A stretch of DNA of 32,236 nt from Octopus sinensis (taxonomy: Eukaryota): the NCBI RefSeq assembly GCF_006345805.1, contig NW_021829622.1, forward strand, positions 1-32,236, in the 5' to 3' direction. Each line of letters begins with the position of its first letter. Position 1 is the first letter of the stretch. Shown one piece after another: positions 1-10,784 of this stretch. The notes under the pieces were generated by a model. The model did not search any database and was not told the origin of the DNA. It saw only the letters and a list, made by a program, of their open reading frames with translations. The position numbers and the translations under genes are program-made.

Positions 1-30
1 ATATATATATATACATACACCACCCCCCCC

Positions 31-66
<36 letters not shown>

Positions 67-200
67 CAACACATACACTCAGATACTTTCTCTTACACTC
101 TCCTATCTTAGAAAGAACTTTGTCTTCACCCATTCACTTCCGGTCATTTCAAAATGTAACCACATGTGAATTGTTGGCGATCTTGTTCCCTCCGTCTCAT

Positions 201-234
201 GTTTCTGATGAAGAGCTTTGCTCGAAACGAAAAC
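201..234 (+). ncRNA. Degenerate minimal type I hammerhead ribozyme (PLE-type); U16.1 missing
   Basis: GTTT-CTGATGA-A-GAGC ttt GCTC-GAAA-CG-A-AAAC. Core CUGAUGA at 205-211, 4-bp stem II, GAAA at 224-227, stem I GTTT/AAAC. The U of the NUH triplet is absent. Confidence 0.55.
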
Positions 235-341
235 CATCTTTCTTTCCTTCCCTGAGCATCTGCTAATACTTTGGATGTACCACGTCCTCTCGTTGTTGTT
301 TTTTCTTGTGTTTGTTCTTCGTTTTTCCTTTTGGTTAAGTT

Positions 342-374
<33 letters not shown>

Positions 375-395
375 ATGTGGTGGTGGTAGTGGTGG

Positions 396-598
396 GTGGT
401 AGGTGGTGGGGACAAACAGAAATATAAAGACACACGCACATATATATATATACGACGGACTTCTTCCAGTTTCCATCTACCAAATCCACTCAAAAGGCTT
501 TGGTCGGCCCCAGGATATAGTAGGTGTCACGCTGTGGGACTGAACCAGGGACCATGTGCTTGTGCAGCAAGCTCTTACCACAGAGCCACGCCTGTATA
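396..598 (-). mobile_element. tRNA-derived SINE family A, 5' part
   Basis: Reverse complement of the family head and body (cttaccacagagccacgcc, ctaccaaatccactca, ggggacaaac) shared with many copies in this window. Confidence 0.85.
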
Positions 599-599
599 C

Positions 600-1190
600 G
601 CGGATTTTGATTTCCTGAAAGATATTAAATAATTTTTTCCGAATCTCCAAATAAGTTTATTGAGCTGAATGTATGAATATTTCCTGGAAATAGCTGGAGC
701 ACCTACCAATTGCTCCTGTAAATTCAAACATTGTTTTTCATACAGTTACTTGTGGTCGCGTTAAATATTTTTCAGGTTGAGAACCATTTCCGATATCAAT
801 TGGTCTTCTACTTTAACCACCGAATTTATAAGGGAGCAGAATTTACGGTCTTACTACTTTGAAAGGAAATCATCCCTTTCCAACTTACATCAAATCTTGG
901 CAAAATGACCTGACAGCAGATCTCCACAAAGATTACCCCATGTTTGTAAACCGTCTGAAAATTTTAATTTTCGTTCAAATTGAAGACGATTTAAACAAGC
1001 ATAGATTTCAATGGCCTTGTGTTCTTTATGGGGCGAGGAATCGTTTTTTATGGTATCCATGACAAGCTCTGATAGAACTCACCCGGCGACACTTCTACTC
1101 CTTTCATTTGAAATATATTGCAACAAAAAACCCCGCCTTCACCCAGAGCTCTCTTATGCGCCATTGTCTCAGATAACTATCTTCTATCTT
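600..1190. pseudogene. Possible highly decayed Penelope-like RT/GIY-YIG remnant (strand uncertain)
   Basis: Plus-strand fragments FLKDIK*FFPNLQ, LKGNHPFPTYI and HRFQWPC..IELTRRH resemble PLE RT-thumb and GIY-YIG motifs. Spacing is imperfect and the minus strand also gives weak matches. Confidence 0.2.
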
Positions 1191-1191
1191 T

Positions 1192-1659
1192 CATTGTTTA
1201 CTTGTATCATTCATTGGTCTGCGGCCATGCTGGGGCACCACTTTGAACGATGTAGTCGAAATCGACTCCAGCATTTTTTTTTGGAGGGGGAGGGATAAAG
1301 CCCGGTACTTTTTCTGTCGTTCTTTTATCCTCGAACTGCTAAGTTACAGGAGTGTAAACAAACCATTACTGGTTGTCAAGCGGTGGTGGGAGAGAAACAC
1401 AGAAAGACATACAGAGAACTATGTAAATACACACTCACACACACACTCACACACATACGTATTCTTTTACTTGTTTTAACCATTTGACTGTGGCTATGCT
1501 GGAGCATTTTCAGTTTCTGTCTACCAAATTCACTCACAAGGCTTTTATCGGCCCATGGCCGATAAAAGAAGACACTTGCCCAAGGTGCCACGCAGTGAAG
1601 CTGAACCCCGAACTATGTGGTTGGGAAGCAAACTTCTTGCCACACAGCCACGCTTGTGT
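1192..1659 (-). mobile_element. SINE family A, near full length
   Basis: tRNA-like head (rc of ...gggaagcaaacttcttgccacacagccacgc), internal (CA)-rich tract, and 3' segment gcggccatgctggggcacc. Confidence 0.9.
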
Positions 1660-1699
1660 CTTACGTTAATATTTCTTAAGAACTTTTGGGCAGCACAGA

Positions 1700-2190
1700 T
1701 CTATTACCATATTCAAGTTCAACAGGATTTTGAAAGCACAACGTGCTGTACGACCTTCAAGAAGGTGCGTAGCAATAATAGTTTAAAGAAACAACTACCA
1801 ACTCAGTAACATTAATGTTGATGGACCTAGGAAGCCGTAGAATGATCTGAAATATCTTTGTAATTCTACCATAAATTTCAAGCATATTCAGTGTTTTGTG
1901 ATCAAACCCTCTCAAAAAATCATAGAAATTGTGCTTCCATTGTTTGCCGCAATTTTAGTTTCACTGTCAACATTATATGGTGTCTTTCAAAATCTCTGTA
2001 GCTAGATAATTAATTTCAGTACGATCAAATTGAAAGAAACCATATTTCTGACTTTCATGACCATTTATATCCTTGAGCTTGTCAATGAGAACTGCGTACC
2101 TTCATTGTAGATTTCATCGATATACTCTATTTTCATGTCGCACATAATGCATGAAATCTTTAGCAAGTTTAGCCCAATGCTGAACTAGAG
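1700..2190 (-). pseudogene. Decayed reverse transcriptase fragment, Penelope-like
   Basis: Hand translation with stops gives LIDKLKDI..YGFFQFDRTE..TEILKDTI and PRS...VTELV, then ggtcgtacagcacgttgtgctt resembling a degenerate GLYRDDGL. The order matches PLE RT motifs (F.QFD / MGS.DGAEV.ELVG / YRDD). Confidence 0.3.
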
Positions 2191-2483
2191 TCGTGAGTCT
2201 GTGGTTTACGTGTGTGTATTTGTGTGTGAATGTTTAGGTTAGGGGGTTTACTTTATAGGTTTGTTATAGAGTTTAGCAAAGGGAGATTTTATCGTTATAT
2301 GTTTTTAAGAGTTTTGTTTTATCATGGTTTTTTTTAGGGAATTCGTGGTAATTAGTCTATATTTTCGATATGGATTATATAAGGTTATATATGGATTATA
2401 TACTTATATTTTTTCATTATACTTTAATTATTTAAAAGTATTATTTTTAATTTTTAAAATTTTGATTTTTTTGATTGGAATTC

Positions 2484-2523
2484 CACCTGAAGATTGTCGA
2501 TCAAGACAAGAAACATTGTAGTG
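2484..2523 (+). ncRNA. Minimal type I hammerhead ribozyme (PLE-type)
   Basis: CAC-CTGAAGA-TTGTC gatcaa GACAA-GAAA-C att G-TA|GTG. Intact core at 2487-2493, 5-bp stem II, GAAA at 2510-2513, short stem III, GUA triplet at 2518-2520, stem I CAC/GTG. Confidence 0.75.
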
Positions 2524-2606
2524 CGGTTTTTTTGACTATTATTAATTTTATGTATTGATTAAGTCTTTCCTTGTTTGTTTTGCAAAATAGTGTTTTGTCT
2601 CAAATA

Positions 2607-2664
<58 letters not shown>

Positions 2665-2671
<7 letters not shown>

Positions 2672-2877
2672 TTGTCCCCCTAGCATTGCTTGACAACCGA
2701 TGCTGGTGTGTTTACGTCCCCATCACTTAGCGGTTCGGCAAAAGAGACCGATAGAATAAGTACTGGGCTTACAAAGAATAAGTCCCGGGGTCGATTTGCT
2801 CGACTAAAGGCGGTGCTCCAGCATGGCCGCAGTCAAATGACTGAAACAAGTAAAAGAGTAAAGAGTAAAAGAGAGTA
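2665..2877 (+). mobile_element. SINE family A, 3' half
   Basis: gtttgtccccc...cttgacaaccgatgctggtgtgtttacg...cagcatggccgcagtcaaatgactgaaacaagtaaaagagta tail. Confidence 0.9.
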
Positions 2878-3509
2878 CCATGGGAATGAGATTTTTATCC
2901 CACACATTTCTTCTCACAAATTTTACTAACTCTCATATCGTTTCTTTCTTTACTTATAGTAAATTTCTTACGATATGCATTTATTCTTTTTATTCACAGA
3001 CATTGTAAATAAGGGGGCTTAGGAACAATTGTCCTTATCCCGGACGCTTCCAACCAGACTTTTCGCGATACCCTTAAAGTCAGGAATTTTTCAGCGCCCG
3101 CTCGTATATTGAACTAGTATATATCGTAAACTCAGATTTTACAGTTTGACTCTGGCTATGCATAGATTTACCCACTACAACTAATATGTAAGGTAATATT
3201 TCTTTTCTCACAGCATAACAGCTCGTTGCGGTAGCCTTATAAATGTACATGCTGATGTAAATGGCAACGAACGAGTAGAAACTGTTGTTAATTGTGCAGG
3301 AATGTATAGACAAAGATAATAATATAGTATTGTTTTAAATCGAGTTAAAAATAATGAGTGATTATAGCTTTTTGCGTATGAATATACCACTGTAGTTTTA
3401 TATGCACATATTTGTATATTTACACACAGAAATGCACATACGTATTATTGGTTATACGTGTTATTGGTTATACGGCCGTTTATACTTAAGTCTACTGAAG
3501 TATGTTAGC

Positions 3510-3900
<391 letters not shown>

Positions 3901-4392
3901 CACAATGAAAAAACAACACAAAACACAAATATGATGTATATTCTTCTCTTTTTTTAAATCTTCAAAAAGCTACAAAAGTGACTCAGTGGCCGAGAGTTTC
4001 GTGCATGCAAATTATCAATGAGTGCCTTAATTAAAATTAATAACATAAATACATATACATAAGTATATATACTCGCACGCGCGCACATACACACATACAT
4101 ATATGCGTGTGTGTGTGCATATATTATTTTACTTGTTCCGGTCATTTATATTTATTATGCATATGTATATACATACAGATATATATATAATATATATATA
4201 TATATAATATATATACACTTACATACATGTATATATATGATTGATTGATTGATTGATTCTAGTTTCAGCTTATGAGCTGTGGCCATGCTGGGGCACCGCC
4301 ATTATATATATGCTTACATACTTAAATACATACATATATACATACATATCTCTCCCTCCCTCTGTCTGTCTATCTCTCTTTATATTTATATA

Positions 4393-4435
<43 letters not shown>

Positions 4436-4639
4436 GCATACAAATACACACACGCACATACATCACACACACACACATACACACGCGCGCGCGCGCGCGT
4501 ATATTAATTCTAGATTCTTCTATAGGTTGTCATGTTTGACGGTGGGTTAGTGTAATTTATTATCACAAGGAGATAAATTTTAATATTTCAAATTTAATTT
4601 CACTGAATTTTTAAGTTTTCTTCCATTGTTAAACACTTT

Positions 4640-4693
4640 TTGAGAGAGTGGGAGAGAGAAAGAGAGAGGGAGGTTGAGAGAGAGAGAGAGAGA

Positions 4694-4777
<84 letters not shown>
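4640..4777. repeat. (GA)n + (TG)n microsatellite
   Basis: Directly visible. Confidence 0.95.
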
Positions 4778-4778
<1 letters not shown>

Positions 4779-4896
4779 TAAACCGAGGCTTTGAATATTT
4801 AAAGTAAACTTCTTACATAAAATCCAAATATTTATTTTGACAGATGTATAACTAAACTAGACAAACATATTGGATATTAAGTAATTCGCAGGTTTA

Positions 4897-5715
4897 AAGG
4901 CGGCGCGTTGGCAGAATAGTTAGAGGGTCGAAAAAAGTGTTTTAGGCAGCGAAATGGCAGAATCGTTAGCACGCCGGGCGAAATGCTTAGTGGTATTTCG
5001 TTTGTCTTTACGTTCTGAGTTCAAATTCCGCCGAGGTCGACTTTGCCTTTTATACTTTCAAGGTAGATAAAATATGTCCCAGTTACGCACTGGAGTCGAT
5101 ATAATCGACTTAATCCATTTGTCTGTCCTTGTTTGTCCCCTCTGTGTTTAGCCCCTTGTGGGTAGTAAAGAAATAAGTATTTCGTCTGCGCTACGTTCTG
5201 AGTTCAAATTACGCCGAGGTCGACTTCGCCTTTCATCCTTTCGGAGTCGATTAAATAAGTACCAGTTACGCACTGGGGTCGATATAATCGACTTAATCCG
5301 TTTGTCTGTTCTTGTTTGTCCTCTCTGTGTTTAGCCCCTTGTGGGTAGTAAAGAAATAGGTATTTCGTCTGCTGTTACGTCCTGAGTTCAAATTACGCCG
5401 AGGTCGACTTCGCCTTTCATCCTTTCGGAGTCGATTAAATAAGTACCAGTTACGCACTGGAGTCGATGTAATCGACTTAATCCGTTTGTCTGTTCTTGTT
5501 TGTCCTCTCTGTGTTTAGCCCCTTGTGGGTAGTAAAGAAATAGGTATTTCGGTATTTCATCCGTCGCTACGTTCTGAGTTCAAATTCCGCCGAGTATGAC
5601 TTAGCCTTTCATCCTTTCGGGGTCGATAAATTAAGTACCAGTGAAACCCCTTGATCGATGTAATTGACTAGTCCCCTCCCTGCAAATGTCATGCCTTGTG
5701 CCATTAGCATAAAGG
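4897..5715 (+). mobile_element. tRNA-derived SINE family B with internal ~184-bp tandem array (3 full units + terminal unit)
   Basis: Head tggcagaatcgttagcacgccgggcgaaatgc and B-box gagttcaaattcc. Units start at 4992, 5176, 5359 and 5543. The core gtcgactttgcctttcatcctttcggggtcgataaattaagtaccag resembles the Deu/Nin-type SINE domain (from recall). Confidence 0.85.
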
Positions 5716-5728
5716 ATTATTATTATTA

Positions 5729-5801
<73 letters not shown>
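5716..5801. repeat. (TTA)n microsatellite
   Basis: Directly visible; forms the 3' flank of the R4/Dong fragment. Confidence 0.95.
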
Positions 5802-5804
<3 letters not shown>

Positions 5805-6120
5805 TAGTTTATTTTTATAGCGTGCTTTCACTTCACTACCGAGCGCAGCTCTGTGTGCCTTGGGTATGTGCTGTGATTTGTTGTGGTGCTCTGATGGTTA
5901 TTGTATGGAAAGTGTTCTGCGTAGGATGTGTGCATTGCCTAGTAGTGCAATTTTCTGTATGTTATATGTGTTTGTAAGTCCTGGTGTTTTTGTTATGTAT
6001 TTGTCTGAATATTTTTTTATCATGCTTAATGCACCTACTATGATAGGAATTGTTTCTGTTTTTAGATTCCACATTCTAGTTACCTCTATTTCCAGGTCTT
6101 TGTATTTTGAGAGTTTCTCC
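5802..6120 (-). mobile_element. 5'-truncated R4/Dong-clade LINE (C-terminus of restriction-like endonuclease domain + 3' UTR)
   Basis: EKLSKYKDLEIEVTRMWNLKTETIPIIVGALSMIKK...IQKIALLGNAHILRRTLS* is the typical RLE-LINE C-terminus. It is flanked by (TAA)n on both sides. Confidence 0.85.
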
Positions 6121-6137
6121 ATTAATAATAATATTAA

Positions 6138-6210
<73 letters not shown>
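6121..6210. repeat. (TTA)n microsatellite
   Basis: Directly visible. Confidence 0.95.
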
Positions 6211-6212
<2 letters not shown>

Positions 6213-6340
6213 GGCTTTGAGCTGGCAGAATCGTTAGCTCGTTGGTCAAAATGCTAAGCAGCATTTCGTCTGTCTTTACGTTCTGAGTTCAAAATCCACC
6301 GAGGTTGGCTTTGCAATTGATCGCCTTGAGTCGTTGAGGG
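6211..6340 (+). mobile_element. SINE family B, 5' fragment
   Basis: aaggctttgagctggcagaatcgttagc...gttctgagttcaaaatccaccgagg. Confidence 0.8.
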
Positions 6341-6354
6341 GCGAGTAGATAACA

Positions 6355-6715
6355 TTGACAAGTCCTCAGCTGGTATTCATTTTATCGAACCCGAAAGAAC
6401 GAAAGGCAATGTCGACCGCGGCAGAATTTGAACTCCTAACGTAAAGACGGGCGAAATGCCGCAAAGCATTTTGTCCGGCATGCTAACGTTTCAGCCCCCG
6501 CACCGCCTTATAATCTTTTCTATTACAGGCACCTGGCATGAAATTTTGTTGGAAGGGGTAAATCGATTAAATCGACCCCAGTACTCGACTGGTATTTATT
6601 TTATCGACCCCGAAACAATGAAAGGTAAAGTCGACTTCGATGGAATTTGAACTCAGAACGTAAAGATGGATGAGATACTGCTTAGCATTTTGTCGGGCAT
6701 CTTAATGATTCTGCC
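6355..6715 (-). mobile_element. SINE family B, two diverged copies
   Basis: Contains ttttatcgaacccgaaagaacgaaaggcaatgtcgac and ttatcgaccccgaaacaatgaaaggtaaagtcgac, the reverse complement of the family B core, twice. Confidence 0.8.
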
Positions 6716-6746
6716 TTCAACACAATAAACAGTATTAAGATAAAAA

Positions 6747-6818
<72 letters not shown>

Positions 6819-7140
6819 CCTTGATGCAGTACCAGGCTGTGGCTCTCATGGCTTCTGATCTTAACTGATTAGAAGTGTTATCATGTACATTGTTTTGTCT
6901 TGGTATAAAAGATGGGCTACAGCAGCTCAGTACCACAGATTTGCTTGTCAGTTTTTAGACCTTAACCAATATACCATGTACCTTAGTGGCTGACGATATG
7001 GGCATCTCTGATCATGAGCAGAAGTAGTGGGGGAGCATCATAGCCATGTGTTGAAAGGAGTTCTTAGAGGTTTGGATATTTCACTTTTGGAAACATTGGT
7101 GTTTCGTTCAACACCCTTAAACAATCCTTATTCAGGGACC
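6747..7140 (-). mobile_element. Retroposon 3' end with (CTA)n tail (family unassigned)
   Basis: A ~320-bp non-coding segment (6819-7140) abuts a pure (TAG)n tract (6747-6818) and replaces the Gypsy pol region at 7141. Confidence 0.4.
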
Positions 7141-8531
7141 ACTCTGCTTTTCTGCAATTTTTTTGTTTCAGTCCCCCAGCCGCATTCGAACCTTCGACTG
7201 AACCGACAATATTTCCACACAAAACACTTATGGGCATATTCCATACTTTGAATAGTTCCATTCGCTCTGTGCCGAATAGATTAAGTGAATCTTTTATTAC
7301 ATATATCTTTGCCTTATACGTTTGACCTCGAAATGTTACATTACATACAAATTCACCGAAAAGATAAAATCTTTTTCCCGTAACACCATGTGCTACCTTT
7401 TTAGATTTAATCAATTTCGGCTTACCGACATATTTTTTCGTTTATAATTGTGATATCACTACCATTGTCCAACTGCATTTTAATACTTGCATTTCCGACT
7501 TTCACCTTCACGAATTTCTTCATCTCTATATTATCAATTTCTTCCGATGACATACTATTTATTGTTTTTCTTTTGTTCTGACATTTTACCATCTTCGTTC
7601 TACAGTGCATCTTTATATATCCTATATTTCCACAACGAAAGCACTCCGATTTTTTAAATGGACAATTTTCCCTCAGGTGTATACCTTCACATGCAAAACA
7701 TGGGTTTATTTCCTGATTTTTGTCGTGTTGTTTTAGAAAACACTTTATCTCTGTTCTGACTATTTCGCTCTTGTTTTACTTGGAAACAATCTCTACGTTC
7801 AGTTTCCTCTGTGTCGTGTCTTAATTGGACTACCCTTTCACCTTTTTCTGACACTTGCGTAGGGTTACATTCTGGTTTTGTTCCAGCTTTGTGAGAATTC
7901 TAGTTCTAACTTCTGCGTCTTTTTCTGCAGTTACTCCCTGTGTAAAAATCAGGCATTTGAACATATCTGGCTTTAATTTATCCAGCTTAAACTTCTCACA
8001 TTTCCTGTTTACTTTACCAGCATATGTGATGTACTCCTCGTCGTTGTTTTTCTCTATGTTCAGACACTTCCAGTGTGTGTGGAACAATGAGCTCTTTTCA
8101 CTGAAATGTTTACACAATATATCTCTTGTGTCATTAAAGTTTATGTCCGAAGGTTTTCTTGGATGTACATAATTACTGTATCATTCACGTTCTGTTGCCA
8201 CCAGATTTCTCAAGATTAAGCACGTTTTCATCTCGTCGTTCCAATCTTTACATTCTTCCTCGAAGATTTGCTCAAATCTTCTGAGGTATGCTTCGAAGGT
8301 AACTCCTTCATCTGGTTCGTATTTGAACTCTGTTATGGAGTTCGCGACATAGGCAGGCGAGAATTTTTTTTTTTTTTTCCTGACGACTTCATTAATTATA
8401 GCATTTATTGTGTGTTGCTTCTGTAGTTGTTCTTGCAGTTGAATCTGCTGCTGCTGCTGTTGTTGTTGTTGTTTTTGCAACTCGAACAAACCGGCCAACA
8501 AATTTCCCATAGTTTTACGATATTTTTTCAT
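7141..8531 (-). pseudogene. Gypsy (Ty3/gypsy) gag + aspartic protease, disrupted
   Basis: SITEFKYEPDEGVTFEAYLRRFEQIF, FSEKSSLFHTHWKCLN and FKCLIFTQG...RTRILTKLEQ (gag). Zinc-knuckle-like CFACEGIH...CPFKKSECFRCGNIG. Protease IKMQLDNGSDITII (DTG>DNG). Contains stops and frameshifts; RT/IN absent. Confidence 0.9.
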
Positions 8532-8622
8532 AAAATTCTCACAAAAAAATTGAGAGCCTCTTAATTCCTCGTAAGCTGTTTAAAACCTCATCGTGTTTAT
8601 TAATTCCCCGTGAGTTGTTTCA

Positions 8623-8635
8623 ATCCTCGTCGCCA
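8623..8635 (-). promoter_or_regulatory. Primer-binding site for tRNA-Ser(GCU)
   Basis: Minus strand TGGCGACGAGGAT lies 1 nt after the LTR end ...attaca. It is complementary to the 3' end ATCCTCGTCG-CCA of metazoan tRNA-Ser(GCU). Confidence 0.75.
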
Positions 8636-8636
8636 C

Positions 8637-8835
8637 TGTAATATTCCTTAAAATGTTGGATTGACATAACACCCATTCCAGTATACAGTATACTAAGTAA
8701 AACCAGTAAAGACACGACTATCTCTGACCACCTATTACGTATTCTAGTACTTCACGTACTTCTCTTTACTTATAGTGACTAGGTTATTCCATTCGTCACG
8801 TGGGAGGGGTGTACCATTACTACTAATTCCCTACA
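8637..8835 (-). mobile_element. Gypsy 5' LTR (~199 bp)
   Basis: TGTA...TACA termini adjacent to the PBS. Confidence 0.7.
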
Positions 8836-9459
8836 AGAAGTGCTTGGTTCGATATATTCGAGTAAAATCTGTCAAGGCGGTGCCCCAGTATGGCGCACTC
8901 TAATAACTGAAACAAATAAAAGAAGATTGAAGAATACCGATAAGGCTCACATATACCTTCAGGTAAATGGAATCATTATTTTCAGGTAACCGTAAACTCG
9001 TAATTAAAAAACAAAAAATAAACAAATAAAAGTAACAAGAAAATAACAAAACATGGAAACGAAATTAGAAAGAATAGATAAATGAATGAATAAATGAATA
9101 AATAAGTATATAACCGGATGTGGAAAGTAAAGAAATGACGTGAAAGAAAGTATTCGATGAAGTGTAAAGGAAAGCGTTGAAATAGGCGAACATTTGATTT
9201 TAAAATTAGGTGGTGGCTTGTCTGCGCAGAGAATCTGTTAATAAAAGTAATGAAGACTGATCACTATAAATAATTAACCTTTTAACACATGGCTGGCGCA
9301 GACGATGCTTAGATCGTCTGCTGTCATGCATAGATAATGGCGGTGAAATACTACGAGGTTTTAACAGCGCGCTTCTCTGATGTGCACCATTACTTATAGA
9401 TAGAAATTTCTGTTTCTCACTGTCTCTTCATATATTATTGTATAGGATTTTGTTGCGTG

Positions 9460-9793
9460 TGTAAAGTACGTATAAATGTGTGTGTACGTGTGTGTCCGTG
9501 TGTGTATGTGTGTGGAGAGACGTAAATATGTACGCAGTTTGCAAACATATGCCGGTGTCTCTGTGGAACTTTACGTGTGACTTATAAACGTGAGTGTCTT
9601 GTTGGGTTCCTCTTGTGCGTGTGTGTGTGTGTATGTGCGTGTAATATGTGTGTGTGTAGTGTGTGTGTGTATGCAAGTTGGTGCTTTATTATGTGTGTAT
9701 CTACACACTCAAAGGCGCACAACCCACATATATACATAAATGTAGATGTGTGCATATATATGAAAGTATACATATGCATGTTTATATATATTG

Positions 9794-9835
<42 letters not shown>

Positions 9836-10360
9836 ATGGATGTATATATATATGTATATATTTATATATATATATATATATATTCGCAGGTGCGTACGGA
9901 AATGGGGGATGTCTCGGGATAGAGTTGGAAGTTTGAATAAGTGTGTGTGTTTGATGAGATCTGTTTATGCATGCGTGAATGTGAGAACGGTTGTGTTGTC
10001 TTTGCTAGTATATATGTAGGAGTATCTGTGCATTTCAAAGTGTATGTGTGTGTGTATGTATGTATATATATACTTAGATATATATATTTATATATGTACG
10101 TGTGTGTGTATCAGTGTATATGTGTGTATTCGTGTGTGAGTGTGTGTATGTGCATTCAAATGTTTGGTTGCGAATTTATCCTATATAATTACTCTCTCGT
10201 AGAAGATTATAAGAGAAACATAAACTAGAATATGCTATTAGCAAATGCGTGATGGTGATAATGAAGGTGATAGTGATAATGATAATGATGATGATGATGA
10301 TGATGATGATGGTGGTAGTAGTGGTGGTGGTGGTGACTGTGGTGGCGGCGATGATGAAGT
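9460..10360. repeat. Low-complexity (TG)/(TA)/(GAT)/(GGT) microsatellite field
   Basis: Directly visible. Confidence 0.85.
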
Positions 10361-10579
10361 GGAACAGCGTAAGGTATGACAGCAGGGGAGAGATTATTAG
10401 CTTCCTAAAATTTATTCAAATACGTATTTTCTTAAGAGAATACGTATTTAAATAAATTTTGATGTCATGATTAGCGAAAGCAAAACCGGTCGACAAACAC
10501 AATATAAGATATATTAAAAATTATATTAAAACTATGTAAAGTGTGTGCATTTTCCGTCTTTACTTTCTTATATATACAT

Positions 10580-10612
<33 letters not shown>

Positions 10613-10654
10613 TATATATATACATACATATATACATACGCATGTATATATATA

Positions 10655-10784
10655 TATTCCTTTTCCTTTTATTCCTTTTCCTCGTTTCAGTCATTTGACT
10701 GCGGCCATACTGGAGCACCGCATTCAGTCGAACAATCGATCGCAGGATTTATTCTTTGTAAGCCTAGTACTTATTCTATCGGTT
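10655..10784 (-). mobile_element. SINE family A, 3' end
   Basis: gtttcagtcatttgactgcggccatactggagcaccg...agcctagtacttattctatcgg. Confidence 0.85.

Noticed and set aside
103-310. Minus-strand ORF resembling a GIY-YIG tail (WYIQS...HMW)
   Set aside because: The match is weak; the plus-strand HHR structure explains the segment better.
2220-2480. T-rich, hydrophobic-ORF segment suggesting a NUMT, plus two TTAGG(G) units
   Set aside because: No recognisable mitochondrial protein or tRNA motif; the adjacent HHR explains it better as a PLE terminal repeat. Two telomere-like units are not significant.
2995-3310. Splice-acceptor-like polypyrimidine/AG sites
   Set aside because: The first acceptor is followed by stops in all frames, and the donor-acceptor gap (26 nt) is too short for an intron.
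4484-4499. (CG)n after (CA)n, Z-DNA prone
   Set aside because: A common microsatellite derivative with no evidence of function.
4992-5715. Regularly spaced repeats resembling a CRISPR array
   Set aside because: Units are near-identical over their whole ~184 bp with no unique spacers, and they are SINE-internal in eukaryotic DNA.
9293-9327. Hairpin gcagacgat/atcgtctgc as a Helitron 3' end
   Set aside because: No CTRR terminus at the expected distance on either strand.
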